Shown here piece after piece: positions 1 through 10,986 of a stretch of 64,000 bases of DNA. The stretch lies in the IMG/VR virus record IMGVR_UViG_3300020179_001470, positions 8,947 through 72,946 of that record. One strand, written 5' to 3'. Both the position numbers and the translations under genes were made by a program. A model generated the notes under the pieces. That model saw nothing but the letters and a program-made list of their open reading frames with translations, did not search any database and was not told the DNA's origin. This DNA comes from a virus. The number at the start of each line of letters is the position of its first letter. The stretch's first letter is position 1.

Positions 1-1
1 C

Positions 2-1582
2 AATATAGACGAAGAGCATCAAAGTAATTTTTGTATCAACGATAATCAGGTCTTACAAATATCAAAATGGGTTACATCGATTGAAAAATACTATTCAAAT
101 CTAAAAGGTTATTGGTGTCCTATGGATGTTGAATGGGCAATAGATGGTTTATCGAATGAATTGTATATTGTTCAGGCAAGACCAGAAACAATCCATTCAA
201 GAAGAAAAAATGATACATTAATTGAGTATAAAATTAATAGTGAAAATTTAATTCCTATTCTCAAAGGAAGTGCAATTGGAGATGGAGTTTCTTGTGGTCA
301 AGTTGTTATCATGCACTCTTTGGATGGTAGAGATGGAACGATTGATGTATCAGAATTTGTAGAGGGTAGTGTTTTAGTAACCGATATGACCGACCCTGAT
401 TGGGAGCCTATTATGAAAAAAGCATCGGCAATCGTTACAAATAAAGGTGGTAGAACTTGTCACGCAGCTATAGTTGCTCGAGAAATGGGACTTCCAGCTA
501 TTGTTGGAAGTATCAATGCGACAAAATTATTAAAAAATAATCAAAATGTTACGATTTCTTGTTGTGAGGGAGATATTGGATTTGTTTATGATGGGTTTAT
601 TGATTATGAAAAAAATGAAACCAATCTAAAAGATTTACCACAAATCTCAACTCCGATAATGTTGAATGTTGGTTCTCCTGAATCGGCATTTAAATTTTCT
701 AATTTACCTAATTCGGGTGTTGGGTTGGCTCGTGAGGAATTTATCATCAATAATTACATTAAAGTTCATCCTATGGCTCTTTTAAAACATAAAGAACTTG
801 ATGATAATAAACTAACAGATGAAATCAATTCAATCACCAAAGGGTATGAGAATGAAGAAACCTTTTTTGTAAAAAAATTAAGTTATGGTATAGCAAGAAT
901 AGCGGCGGCATTTTACCCACAAAAAGTAATTGTGAGACTTTCTGATTTTAAAACAAATGAATATAAAAATTTATTAGGTGGAATTTATTTTGAACCTGAT
1001 GAGGAAAATCCAATGATTGGGTGGAGGGGTGCTTCAAGATACTACTCTGATAAATACAAAGAAGCCTTTGGGATGGAAATCAAAGCAATCAAAAGAGTTA
1101 GGGAAAAAATGGGATTAGATAATGTTGTAATTATGATACCATTTTGTAGAACAGTTGAAGAGTTACTGAATGTTTATAGGGTAATGGAATCTTATGGATT
1201 AAAAAGAGGAGAAAGAGGTTTAGAAATATATTTGATGGCCGAATTACCATCAAACATTTTTATGGCTGAAGAATTTTCAAAACATATTGATGGTTTTTCA
1301 ATCGGGTCTAACGATTTAACACAACTGATTTTAGGTTTAGATAGAGATTCTGCTTTAGTATCTTCAATCTATGATGAAAGAAACATAGCAGTAAAAAGGG
1401 CAATATCTCACCTTATTAAAATTAGTAAAAAAACAAATACGAAGGTTGGTATTTGTGGGCAGGGCCCTTCTGATTTTCCTGATTTCGCGGAGTTTCTTGT
1501 AAAAGAGGGAATAGATACAATTTCAGTAACTCCCGATTCATTGTTAAAGACATTAAAAACACTTAGTAAATTAAAAAATTAA
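2..1582 (+). CDS. ppsA: Phosphoenolpyruvate synthase (5'-truncated by window edge)
   Basis: Frame open from position 2; motifs DVEWAIDG, VQARPET, TDPDWEP, GGRTCHAAI (phospho-His), EENPMIGWRGASRY, DGFSIGSNDLTQ, GICGQ. Confidence 0.95.
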   Translation, partial: NIDEEHQSNFCINDNQVLQISKWVTSIEKYYSNLKGYWCPMDVEWAIDGLSNELYIVQARPETIHSRRKNDTLIEYKINSENLIPILKGSAIGDGVSCGQVVIMHSLDGRDGTIDVSEFVEGSVLVTDMTDPDWEPIMKKASAIVTNKGGRTCHAAIVAREMGLPAIVGSINATKLLKNNQNVTISCCEGDIGFVYDGFIDYEKNETNLKDLPQISTPIMLNVGSPESAFKFSNLPNSGVGLAREEFIINNYIKVHPMALLKHKELDDNKLTDEINSITKGYENEETFFVKKLSYGIARIAAAFYPQKVIVRLSDFKTNEYKNLLGGIYFEPDEENPMIGWRGASRYYSDKYKEAFGMEIKAIKRVREKMGLDNVVIMIPFCRTVEELLNVYRVMESYGLKRGERGLEIYLMAELPSNIFMAEEFSKHIDGFSIGSNDLTQLILGLDRDSALVSSIYDERNIAVKRAISHLIKISKKTNTKVGICGQGPSDFPDFAEFLVKEGIDTISVTPDSLLKTLKTLSKLKN

Positions 1583-1626
1583 AGCACTATAATAGAGGAT
1601 GGATTGAGCGATGACAAATAGTAAAA

Positions 1627-1926
1627 ATGATTAAAGAAATTAAAAAATGGGTATTGTTTAATATCTTGAAAGGTAAAACACATCTTTTAAGGTTAAAACA
1701 TTTTTTAAGAACAGGAAGAGACATTAAAACGTTACCACCACCGCAAAAAGATTATGTCAGAGCTTATTTTTTTGAAATAGAAAATGGAGATTATGTTTTG
1801 AAACATCACGAAATCCCATCATATTTAGGGGAAAAGTTTTATGAGGATTTCAATAATAAAAATGGTAAGTTGATGAGTTTAACAAGGGAAGAAGTGGTTA
1901 GATGGGTTATTGAAAATCAAAAATAA
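1627..1926 (+). CDS. Hypothetical protein
   Basis: 99-aa ORF in a + strand gene run. Confidence 0.6.
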   Translation: MIKEIKKWVLFNILKGKTHLLRLKHFLRTGRDIKTLPPPQKDYVRAYFFEIENGDYVLKHHEIPSYLGEKFYEDFNNKNGKLMSLTREEVVRWVIENQK

Positions 1927-2228
1927 TTATTACTTATAAAAACATTATCTTAAATTAAATTTGAATATAAAAAAAATATTATTTATATTGGAGTATAGAC
2001 AATATTAAGAATAATTAAAAAAATATAAGTTATGGAAAATTTACAAATCAAAATTACAATCACCGATGGTAAAAAGGAAGCAAAAGCAACAATTAGTGTA
2101 AACGAATACCAATCAATAAAAGAAATGCATGGTATAAGTATGCTGGATGAGCAGGTGGGTATTTTATTAGAAGAGATTGAAAAATCAACCACACCCAACA
2201 ATTAAAGCACCATTGAGTAATTAATAAT

Positions 2229-2426
2229 ATGGGTTTTTTAAAATATACATTATTGTGGATTAGTCAAAATTTATCTATACCATTTTGGATGGTCGGTCAT
2301 ATCCATCTAACAATGAACGTATATGAAGACTTATATGAGATATTGGCATCTTTAGGTATGAATATAATTGTAGGTATTGGATTTTGGATTAGTTGGTTGG
2401 ATTACAAAAAAGAAATTAGTAAATAA
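2229..2426 (+). CDS. Small membrane protein
   Basis: 65 aa, two hydrophobic segments. Confidence 0.55.
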   Translation: MGFLKYTLLWISQNLSIPFWMVGHIHLTMNVYEDLYEILASLGMNIIVGIGFWISWLDYKKEISK

Positions 2427-2797
2427 AATATAAGTTATGAAAAGATTACATGTAAAATTTATTAAATGGTTATCTAACAAATTTGGATATAAAATTGTGA
2501 TGTTAAAAGCATCAAACGGAACAACTACAATTGAAGGTGACAAAGAATTACTTCGCTATGTTAATATATCAGGTTACTTTTTTAAAAAAGAACCTTTATC
2601 AAGAGTACAACCAAGTAAAACGCCTACATCAGCTAAGGAAAATTTTTTTAGCTGAACCTAAACCTGATGTGAGTAATATAACACCAATCACAAAATTGAC
2701 ACCAGAACAATTAAGAGAATTGGTAATCACCCCCAACAATTGAATCACCGCTTTCAAATTAGTAAATATTTATAAAAAAAACAAATAAATTAAAAAA

Positions 2798-4174
2798 ATG
2801 AAAATTACAAAAACACTATTATTGATTTTAGGATTATTCGCAATCGTCTACTCTTGTTCTGATACAAGTAAAACAGTTAAACCAGTAAATTTCCCAACTG
2901 ATTTAGATATCTCAGGTTTTAATTTCCCTGAGGACTCTACAAAAATTTATGAGTGGTTGGATGAACAAGATACTACGAGTATTGTAAATCATGCATGGGG
3001 TATTTGGGCTGGACTTACAGAACCAACCAAGCAAAAATACGATGGTCAAACATTGTTGGTTTTCGAAACTTGGATGGGTGTACAAGAGTTATCGGCCATG
3101 TCCGCACAAGGACAAGTTTCAAGTTCTATGGAAAAATCAAATAGAACTCAGTTAAACGTTCCAAGACAATTTATTCATGGTAGGTTATTTTCTGGTCAAA
3201 AAATTGACACCAACTTCACAGTATTAGAAACGGTATCATATGACCCGTCAGCGGCACATTTCGCAACATCTAACAAATTATTTAATCAATCTGAGTTGAA
3301 TAAATATTTGGTCAAGAATGGTATTGGTGCGGTTCCTGAATTTCCTAACACATCAATAACTACAAAACCAACTTATTATGCTGGTGTACCAAGTAAAAAC
3401 GGTTTAATTAGAGTGCCTGTATGGGTATCACCTAATCCCGCTAAAGCATATCAATATAAAGAATGGCAAGAATGGGTATACGCTGATATTAACAATAAAC
3501 AAGAACCCAATAAAAAATTGGTGCCTATTACAACACCGAACCCAACTAATGAACAAATCAAAGCCGCTACATGTAACGTGGATGATTTTATCAACTATAA
3601 AATTGATAGAATTAGTGCGGATTATCTCAACAACCACCAAGATGTTGGAACAACACCAAGTAGACAATTTATTGATGGTGATTATATCTTATTAGTTGCA
3701 ATGCACGTAACCACAAAAGAATTTAAAAATTGGACGTGGCAAACATATTTTTGGTGTCCCGACCCTTCAAACCCACCTTCACCAAGTTCAAAATTTGAAG
3801 CGGGTTTAAGACCAAAAGAACTAAAAGGAGCTGCCGCCCATTACGCTGTTAGTACCGCATATGCAATGGTTTGGCCCAACCAACCCGTAACGGGTGGTTC
3901 CGATTTTAACGCGAGACCAATATTATCTTTTAACCCATATTTAGAGGGTGGATTTGGTCCAAAAGTTTTCAGTTTACCGAACAAGTTTAGACCCGATTTT
4001 GTGTATGGAATGCAGACAAACTGTATGTCCTGTCATGCCTTGTCTACCATGTCAGGTAAAAACGGGTACACCACAAATCAGTATATTGATATGATGGATA
4101 CTTCGTTGTTTAAGAATGATGTTAAGTTAGATTTTGCTTGGTCAATTCAAGGTAATTTGAATTCTGACAAGTAA
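2798..4174 (+). CDS. Lipoprotein with C-terminal CxxCH (c-type heme) motif
   Basis: Lipobox-type signal MKITKTLLLILGLFAIVYSC; NCMSCH near C-terminus; TATTTAT at 2767-2773. Confidence 0.7.
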   Translation: MKITKTLLLILGLFAIVYSCSDTSKTVKPVNFPTDLDISGFNFPEDSTKIYEWLDEQDTTSIVNHAWGIWAGLTEPTKQKYDGQTLLVFETWMGVQELSAMSAQGQVSSSMEKSNRTQLNVPRQFIHGRLFSGQKIDTNFTVLETVSYDPSAAHFATSNKLFNQSELNKYLVKNGIGAVPEFPNTSITTKPTYYAGVPSKNGLIRVPVWVSPNPAKAYQYKEWQEWVYADINNKQEPNKKLVPITTPNPTNEQIKAATCNVDDFINYKIDRISADYLNNHQDVGTTPSRQFIDGDYILLVAMHVTTKEFKNWTWQTYFWCPDPSNPPSPSSKFEAGLRPKELKGAAAHYAVSTAYAMVWPNQPVTGGSDFNARPILSFNPYLEGGFGPKVFSLPNKFRPDFVYGMQTNCMSCHALSTMSGKNGYTTNQYIDMMDTSLFKNDVKLDFAWSIQGNLNSDK

Positions 4175-4193
4175 TAATTAAAATAAACAATAA

Positions 4194-4508
4194 GTGAAGC
4201 TCCGCAAAATTGTAAAAGAATATAAAAATGCTACGACTTTTGAAATTTGGGAAGGAATTAGAGATAACTTTACTTTCGGTTTCATTGGAGCGACACTTAT
4301 TGTTTTTATTGCAACAAGAACCGATTTTGCTGTTCTTGTCGGTTACATTGTATACTATTATTACATGGGTCGGATTGTAAATCGACCAAAATATGTCACA
4401 GATTTGGGTAAATTAATAGTATTCCCAATCCCGTCGGCATTAGGAGCGTTTATAGGGTATAAATTGTCTTATACTTTAATTAGTTTGTTGGAAAAGGTTT
4501 TTATTTAG
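4194..4508 (+). CDS. Small membrane protein
   Basis: 104 aa with hydrophobic helices. Confidence 0.6.
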   Translation: MKLRKIVKEYKNATTFEIWEGIRDNFTFGFIGATLIVFIATRTDFAVLVGYIVYYYYMGRIVNRPKYVTDLGKLIVFPIPSALGAFIGYKLSYTLISLLEKVFI

Positions 4509-4653
4509 TTCTTCTACCTTGTCCTCGGTAGTTTTTTTCTTTTTTGTCGTGTTTATTGAAAGATTTCTTAGATTTACCTAATTTTCTTTTACCAAAAGTC
4601 ACCTTTATCGATGCGTTTGATGATTTACTCTTTGAACTTTTTCCTGCCGCCAT
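4501..4653 (-). CDS. Small basic protein ending YRGQGRRTK (not in ORF track)
   Basis: Manual translation MAAGKSSKSKSSNASIKVTFGKRKLGKSKKSFNKHDKKEKNYRGQGRRTK; TATTTAT on - strand at 4672-4678. Confidence 0.7.
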   Translation of the reverse strand: MAAGKSSKSKSSNASIKVTFGKRKLGKSKKSFNKHDKKEKNYRGQGRRTK

Positions 4654-4721
4654 TTTAATAATTTTATAAAAATAAATATGGATATCATTAAAAAAGAAGT
4701 ATATTTGTAAAAAATAAAGAA

Positions 4722-6563
4722 ATGCAACTCATCAAACAAAGGTTTTCATATTTTAGGATAGAGTTACTCAGGGACAATTGTATGGTTACCCAAGAGAAAC
4801 CTGAAATAAGTGTTGCACCTGAAAAAGAGATATTCGATGACCCGTTTATCAATAAACTGATTGAAAAAAATCAAATCTCGCCCGTGACGAGTATTCATAC
4901 TCCGTATGAAACGGTTAAGTTAGAACCTAAACCTAAAAAAGGTCCTAAGACAAAGTATTTCTACAATGATAACGAAAAAGAATATGTCTCTTTTCCAAAA
5001 TTAACTAAACAACCTTTTTATACAACAAAAGAGAGACATCTTAAAAGACATTATGGAAATCCATTTGCATCAATACATATTGTCATATATGAAAGAACAA
5101 TAGAACTTCGTGATGGTAAATTATACATAAGGTGTTATAAAAACACAAGACATCGTGATTTTAATTGGAGGTATTTTCGCAAATCTTCTAATGTGATGAC
5201 CCTTACAATCGATTTACATAAAGGTGATTTTACTATTGGGGATTTAAATTTTGGTAAAAATAAATCCAAGAGATTTAGAAAAAATTCATTTACTACTTTA
5301 GAAATTTTATTGGGTTCAAATAATCTTTTTAATTTAAAAAAAGAGTTTAATAGTAATTTAAAAATTTCAAGTGAGTTCAATGAAGCGTTCAATGAACAAA
5401 AGTTCATGCAAACTATAAAAGATTTCATTCCAAATATACCTAATTCAATTCAAGATTTATTTGATAAACACGGATTCTTAACTAGTTTTATTGAATTTTT
5501 TGTTGAAAAGAAAAAAATAAAGACCCCAAATGATTTTATTACACTGATAAAACTATATTACCCAACTGAAAAATTCCTCAAAAAAAATCAGAGAAAATTA
5601 ACACAATCCATTTTGGATAGTTACGGTATAAATTCCAAATTCACATTAAAACTTTTTCATGATAAACCTAAATTGAATTTACAGGAATTTTCATGTTTTT
5701 GTGATTTACTTGGAAAAGATTACCCAAAATACCTTGGTTCCTTAAAACCAGAATGTTTTGATTTTTTTATAAACAACGAAGGTTCATCTCAGATGGCCAC
5801 ACCTCTTGAATTAAGGGGTGCGGGAAATCACCACCGACATCTTTTTATTGATAATATTGATAGAGAAAATATTATTAAGATTCTTAACTCTTTGATTGGT
5901 TCATCATCCGAAGTTGTTTACAGACCTCCAATTAGAGGTCTGTATACACTCATAAAAGACCATTTTGATATGATTGAAAAAGTTAGGGAATTTGACCCTA
6001 ATTTAAAAATGAGGGCAACTAACTACAATGACTTTCACACAGAACATATAGAACTCAGTAAAACATGTTCCGTAATTAGAAAAGGTTGGTCGATTGAATA
6101 TCAATATGATAATCGAATGGTCAGACTTGTTGAGGAGAGTATAAATACAAATTTTGAAAACAATAATTACGAATTCAAACCGGTAATTTTAAAAAGGCAA
6201 GAGGAATATTCGGAAGAAGGTACATTTATGCACCACTGTGTTGCTAGTTACGCGAATAAAGAATCGTCAATGATAATTTCATTAAGAATTAATGGTGGGG
6301 CCGATAGAGTAACGTGTGAGTTTAATAAAAAAACAGGTGAAAGTATACAAGAAAGACATTTTTGTAATAAGTTACCACCTGAGTATTTTGGTGAGTCATT
6401 AGAAATATTGAAAAAAAGGGTTAGAAAATTTGCTAGTCAGAGACTATTGAATCATATTGACATGAAAAAAGTTAAAGTTAAAATAAATGGTAAAGAGGTT
6501 GCAGATAGAACGGAACCCGATTTATTTGAACAACTTTTAAATGGTGACAACTTGGAGTTGTAA
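4722..6563 (+). CDS. PcfJ-like domain protein
   Basis: C-terminal EEGTFMHHCVASY motif typical of the PcfJ family. Confidence 0.7.
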   Translation: MQLIKQRFSYFRIELLRDNCMVTQEKPEISVAPEKEIFDDPFINKLIEKNQISPVTSIHTPYETVKLEPKPKKGPKTKYFYNDNEKEYVSFPKLTKQPFYTTKERHLKRHYGNPFASIHIVIYERTIELRDGKLYIRCYKNTRHRDFNWRYFRKSSNVMTLTIDLHKGDFTIGDLNFGKNKSKRFRKNSFTTLEILLGSNNLFNLKKEFNSNLKISSEFNEAFNEQKFMQTIKDFIPNIPNSIQDLFDKHGFLTSFIEFFVEKKKIKTPNDFITLIKLYYPTEKFLKKNQRKLTQSILDSYGINSKFTLKLFHDKPKLNLQEFSCFCDLLGKDYPKYLGSLKPECFDFFINNEGSSQMATPLELRGAGNHHRHLFIDNIDRENIIKILNSLIGSSSEVVYRPPIRGLYTLIKDHFDMIEKVREFDPNLKMRATNYNDFHTEHIELSKTCSVIRKGWSIEYQYDNRMVRLVEESINTNFENNNYEFKPVILKRQEEYSEEGTFMHHCVASYANKESSMIISLRINGGADRVTCEFNKKTGESIQERHFCNKLPPEYFGESLEILKKRVRKFASQRLLNHIDMKKVKVKINGKEVADRTEPDLFEQLLNGDNLEL

Positions 6564-6607
6564 TTTTAATACTACAAAATTAAAATTCATCCACGTATAT
6601 TTTATAC

Positions 6608-8002
6608 GTGGACTTATTAATTAGACACTACCAAACAAAAAAATCAAAGGTTGACAATTCAACCTCGATTAGTGAAATTCAGTTGTATCAATACGATGAT
6701 TTAATACACTACATCGCAGATTTTACTTTTGATTATTTAAGATACGGAGTAAGAAATACCCTAACAATTCATCATGGTTTAACACTTAATTTAAAAAGTG
6801 GAGATATACATACTTACTACCAAATAACTAATCGAAGTTTGGACACCAACCAATATGGTAGAAATAATAACAATAAAAAGAAAAATAATTTTGAATCGCT
6901 AATTGGTTTGGTGGACAATGGTATGTATAAGGGTGAAAAAAGAAAAGGGTATTGGGGTAAAAGATATGATACGTCAATTCAAAAAATTACTGACATACTA
7001 ATTTTAAAAATCAAACCCTATATAGATTTACCATCAGGTGAAAATAAAAGTTATACTGAAAAATATATGGTAAATCCAATATTCGATTTGTTAGTTGATT
7101 TTCATTTATCTAAGAAAAAAATAAAATACCACGATGGAATATATGTCACAATACAGAAAGAGTATCCAAAACCAAAGTGGTTAAAATTAAATGATAATAA
7201 ATTTTTACCCGCTGTGTTAGATTCTTACGGGATAAAATCAAAATATCTAATTGCCGAATTAAATAAATCCAAAAACTTTGATATCGATATTCGATGTTTA
7301 AGTTACCTGTGTAAATTATTTGGTCAAGGATATGTTGATTACTTAAGAAAATTAAACTGGACCGCAATAGTTACAACAACATATCAATTTAGGAAATATC
7401 ACACCTTAAACAATAAAAATGAAAAATTATCAATGGTTAAGGTAATTAACGATTGGCAATCCAGTTCAATTTTTAGGGACAATTTTATTAAGATTATTAA
7501 TAGACTTTTAATTATTCGTGAATTTTTGAAAAGTAAGGGAATTGAATTAAAGTTTAATGTAAGAGATTCTGATTCTACGGAACTGTTATTGAATAAATAT
7601 GAAAATATTATAAATCATTTTAAAAAGGGATACAAAATAAGATTTACTTTTCCTGAAGAATTTCAAAAAGATGTGGAATCAGATATTTTTATCGGAGACA
7701 AGGTTTATAAAGTAAGGATACTGAAAACTGAAGAGGATTTTTTTACGGAGGGTTTTCTAATGAAAAATTGTATAGGTAAACAGTTTAGTAGGGGTGTTGT
7801 TTACATTTATATATCGATGAAAAATAACCGTACAAAGATTAATTTGGAATATAAAAAAGGAAACCTTATAATTTCATTTGGTAAAGCTAATACACCAATT
7901 GAATCACATTTCAGTGAGGCGATAAATGAACTAAACATAAAAATGATGAAATATTCAGACATGGTTTGGGAAAAAGAAAAGTATGAATACATTTTTAAAT
8001 AA
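6608..8002 (+). CDS. PcfJ-like domain protein, paralog of upstream gene
   Basis: EGFLMKNCIG motif; shared LDSYGI(N/K)SK and TL(T/N)(I/L)...GD segments with 4722-6563. Confidence 0.65.
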   Translation: MDLLIRHYQTKKSKVDNSTSISEIQLYQYDDLIHYIADFTFDYLRYGVRNTLTIHHGLTLNLKSGDIHTYYQITNRSLDTNQYGRNNNNKKKNNFESLIGLVDNGMYKGEKRKGYWGKRYDTSIQKITDILILKIKPYIDLPSGENKSYTEKYMVNPIFDLLVDFHLSKKKIKYHDGIYVTIQKEYPKPKWLKLNDNKFLPAVLDSYGIKSKYLIAELNKSKNFDIDIRCLSYLCKLFGQGYVDYLRKLNWTAIVTTTYQFRKYHTLNNKNEKLSMVKVINDWQSSSIFRDNFIKIINRLLIIREFLKSKGIELKFNVRDSDSTELLLNKYENIINHFKKGYKIRFTFPEEFQKDVESDIFIGDKVYKVRILKTEEDFFTEGFLMKNCIGKQFSRGVVYIYISMKNNRTKINLEYKKGNLIISFGKANTPIESHFSEAINELNIKMMKYSDMVWEKEKYEYIFK

Positions 8003-8064
8003 TTTTAAATTTTTTTGTAAATTCAAAATTATTTCATACATTTAGTTACTTAATACAATTTAAA

Positions 8065-8229
8065 ATGGAACCGAAAGAATCTAAATCAAATTCTCACTTT
8101 AATATAAGTTTGGTTAAATCCACTTTGAGAATAATCGCTTGTTATTTTTTATTTTTTACTAATTTTACCCTTGCTGCGGTTTTATTTTTTATTGCCGAAA
8201 TACTTGGAATTGCTGAAGAAATATTCTAA
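8065..8229 (+). CDS. Small membrane protein (54 aa, not in ORF track)
   Basis: MEPKESKSNSHFNISLVKSTLRIIACYF...AEILGIAEEIF. Confidence 0.6.
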   Translation: MEPKESKSNSHFNISLVKSTLRIIACYFLFFTNFTLAAVLFFIAEILGIAEEIF

Positions 8230-8320
8230 AACAAAAATACATAGCTAAAGAGTTTATTATGATTTTATTCAAATAAAACGGAATATTAAAAGTTACACAA
8301 CAAAAAAAGAAAATAAAAAA

Positions 8321-8638
8321 ATGTTAATAGTTGACCCAACTAACAAAAACGACCAAGAAGTTGATTTTGGGGGTAATTGGATGAATATAAAAACTTCCAC
8401 TGTTGTTAAATTAAATGATTTGTTGGTTGTCCAACACGATGGGGTTCCATTGACTTTAATGGTTGAAATCAAAGCGGATTTTAATACTATACCTGTAGAA
8501 TATCACGAAGTTTTTTTTAATGTAATGTCTTCAAGATATATCGGTAAAGTTAATTTTGGGAATAATCCATTTTCACAGTGTAAGCCTGTTCAAAAAAGAA
8601 AATGGTATCAATTTTGGAAATCTAAATATTTTGTCTGA
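8321..8638 (+). CDS. Hypothetical protein
   Basis: 105-aa ORF with KWYQFWK tail. Confidence 0.6.
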   Translation: MLIVDPTNKNDQEVDFGGNWMNIKTSTVVKLNDLLVVQHDGVPLTLMVEIKADFNTIPVEYHEVFFNVMSSRYIGKVNFGNNPFSQCKPVQKRKWYQFWKSKYFV

Positions 8639-8798
8639 CTCTAATATTTATTTTCGTGAAGAGTCCTAAAGAAATTAATAATCAGATTATTAATGACGAA
8701 AACCCAATAGTTAACGATGAAGTAATTTATAATTATTACAATTCAGAGGATGATTATACTTGGGATGACAACAAACAACATACCGAACAGAGTTTTTT

Positions 8799-9266
8799 CT
8801 AAAACCAAAATGGTTGTTGTCTATTTTTCCAAGTAGTAAATCTTGACTTTGCGCCTCGGTAATAATTACGATACGATTCGATTACACAATCGGTTTTATA
8901 TTGTATTGGCATTGCCTTAGGTGGGTCAGTTAATCCTTTGTCAGGTATGTTTAATTTATTTGTGACACACCATTCAATCACATCTTGAGATTTATGTCGT
9001 TTACCATATCGGTAAGTGTATTCCTTACACAATTCCAAACCTAATTCACACAATAAAAGATAATTTGTTAACGATTCCCTAACCCAAATAGAACACGGAT
9101 GATTTTTCTGTGATAACTTATAGGGGGCCTCACTATCATTTTGATTAGTCACATGATGAGCACCACATAGTAATTGTGCGGTTTCCAATATCATTTTTAC
9201 TACGTGTTTGTCACAGTGATATTCAGCACATTTCTTGATATCTTTATCTAAAAAGAAAATATTCAC
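8799..9266 (-). CDS. Pyrimidine-dimer DNA glycosylase/DenV-like family protein
   Basis: MNIFFLD...HCDKHVVKMILETAQLL, NHPCSIW, EYTYRYGKRH motifs. Confidence 0.75.
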   Translation of the reverse strand: MNIFFLDKDIKKCAEYHCDKHVVKMILETAQLLCGAHHVTNQNDSEAPYKLSQKNHPCSIWVRESLTNYLLLCELGLELCKEYTYRYGKRHKSQDVIEWCVTNKLNIPDKGLTDPPKAMPIQYKTDCVIESYRNYYRGAKSRFTTWKNRQQPFWF

Positions 9267-9324
9267 AGGTCAAATATAGTGACAATTTATAAAAAAATAT
9301 TTATTTTTACAAAAACATATTAAA

Positions 9325-10014
9325 ATGCGTATATCTAATTTTTTAGTTAAGGGAGAAGTCAGGGAAATTAAACCTTTCATATTTGCAATCATAATAAAAA
9401 ATCAATATGATAGGTCAAGTTTATTCTGTAGATATCAAGAGTTCTACGAATCACCTTATCCACAAATTAGAGGTAACCATTTTACAATTGAAGAGTATAT
9501 GAAACTATACACTTACACAAATAAAAAACCACATTTTACGTATCCAAGTGATTGGACCGGATACAACATCCCCTCGAATATTTTATTAAGAGCAAGAACA
9601 ACATTTGGTTCTCCAAGAAGTCAGTACGACCAAACCATGAGTGATATTATCGATTATTGTGAAAGAGAATCAAGAATTCAAAATAAGGGCGAACAACATT
9701 CATGGTACTTAATTGGTGTGGACAAACTAAAGAGTAGTATAATGAATCATGAAATTGCTCATGGTTTTTATTACACTAATCCAGAATATAAAGTTGAGAT
9801 GGACTATTTGATTGATGATTTAAATAAAAAAGATTATGAATGCTTTAAAAAAGTTTTAGTTAAAAGTGGATATTTAGATGACAAGATTATTATCGATGAT
9901 GAAATTCAAGCTTACATGTCAACCGGTAAACACAATAAGTGGAGTGAAACTCCATATAAAAAATATTCACCTTATTTTATAAAGGTTTTTAAAAAATTTA
10001 TTAAGAACAAATAG
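9325..10014 (+). CDS. Hypothetical protein with HExxH zincin-like motif
   Basis: HEIAH plus downstream DEIQAY. Confidence 0.6.
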   Translation: MRISNFLVKGEVREIKPFIFAIIIKNQYDRSSLFCRYQEFYESPYPQIRGNHFTIEEYMKLYTYTNKKPHFTYPSDWTGYNIPSNILLRARTTFGSPRSQYDQTMSDIIDYCERESRIQNKGEQHSWYLIGVDKLKSSIMNHEIAHGFYYTNPEYKVEMDYLIDDLNKKDYECFKKVLVKSGYLDDKIIIDDEIQAYMSTGKHNKWSETPYKKYSPYFIKVFKKFIKNK

Positions 10015-10015
10015 G

Positions 10016-10360
10016 ATGAAATTTATTATAGCCGGTGGACGAGATTTTTCAAACTATGATTTATTAAAAGAATCTTGCAATTTATTATTACTACAAAAAG
10101 TAAAAGAGATTGTCTCGGGTGACGCTCGTGGGGCGGACAGTATGGGAGAAAAATGGGCTTTGGAAAATAGAATAAGAATAACAGTTTTTCCCGCAAATTG
10201 GAACAAGTATGGTAAATCCGCGGGGTACAAAAGAAATATTCAAATGTCAGAATATGCCGATGGACTGATTGCATTTTGGGACGGTAAAAGTAAAGGAACA
10301 AAACATATGATTGATATTGCAAAAGAAAAGGGGTTGGAAGTTCATGTAATTAATTATTAA
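10016..10360 (+). CDS. SLOG/YspA (DUF2493)-family protein
   Basis: IIAGGRDF, SGDARGAD, AGYKRN, AFWDGKSKGT. Confidence 0.85.
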   Translation: MKFIIAGGRDFSNYDLLKESCNLLLLQKVKEIVSGDARGADSMGEKWALENRIRITVFPANWNKYGKSAGYKRNIQMSEYADGLIAFWDGKSKGTKHMIDIAKEKGLEVHVINY

Positions 10361-10362
10361 AA

Positions 10363-10935
10363 ATGAAAGTAATATTTTTAGACCACGATGGTGTAATTTG
10401 TTTATCTTCAGAGTGGGGTGGTCGATTTAAAAAACAAAAAGAGTGGGGTGGTCGTAAATTATCTATGACTACTTTAGAAATGCCACTAGAATACCGATTT
10501 GATAATTTCAATCAAAAAGCAGTTAAGGTATTAAACCAAATCATCGAAAAAACAGGTGCGGAAATTGTAACGTCATCTGATTGGAAGAGATGGGCAAATC
10601 TCGAAGAAATGGGTGAATACTACGAATCAAAAGGTATCTCTAAAAAACCAATCGCTCTCACACCTAATTTAGGCCAGTGTAATTGGTATAATGATAAAGT
10701 ATGGGTTTGGTCACCGAGATGGGATTTGGAGATGACTCGTGTTATCGAGATTAAACAATTTTTACACGACCACCCTGAAGTTACTCATTGGGTTTCTGTT
10801 GATGATTTGGATATGGGTAAAAATGGAGAGGACTGGAAAGATTGGGGCTTAGATAATTTTGTATTAACTCCATCATCTACTTTAGGTATTAAACAATCTG
10901 GTATAAAACAAAAGATTATCAATTACCTTACTTAA
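10363..10935 (+). CDS. HAD-family phosphatase (RNA-repair-associated type)
   Basis: IFLDHDGV, IVTSSDW, WVSVDD. Confidence 0.75.
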   Translation: MKVIFLDHDGVICLSSEWGGRFKKQKEWGGRKLSMTTLEMPLEYRFDNFNQKAVKVLNQIIEKTGAEIVTSSDWKRWANLEEMGEYYESKGISKKPIALTPNLGQCNWYNDKVWVWSPRWDLEMTRVIEIKQFLHDHPEVTHWVSVDDLDMGKNGEDWKDWGLDNFVLTPSSTLGIKQSGIKQKIINYLT

Positions 10936-10986
10936 TTACACCGTTTCTAAACGTAGGGATATTTATTTAAATATAGAATTGTTTTA

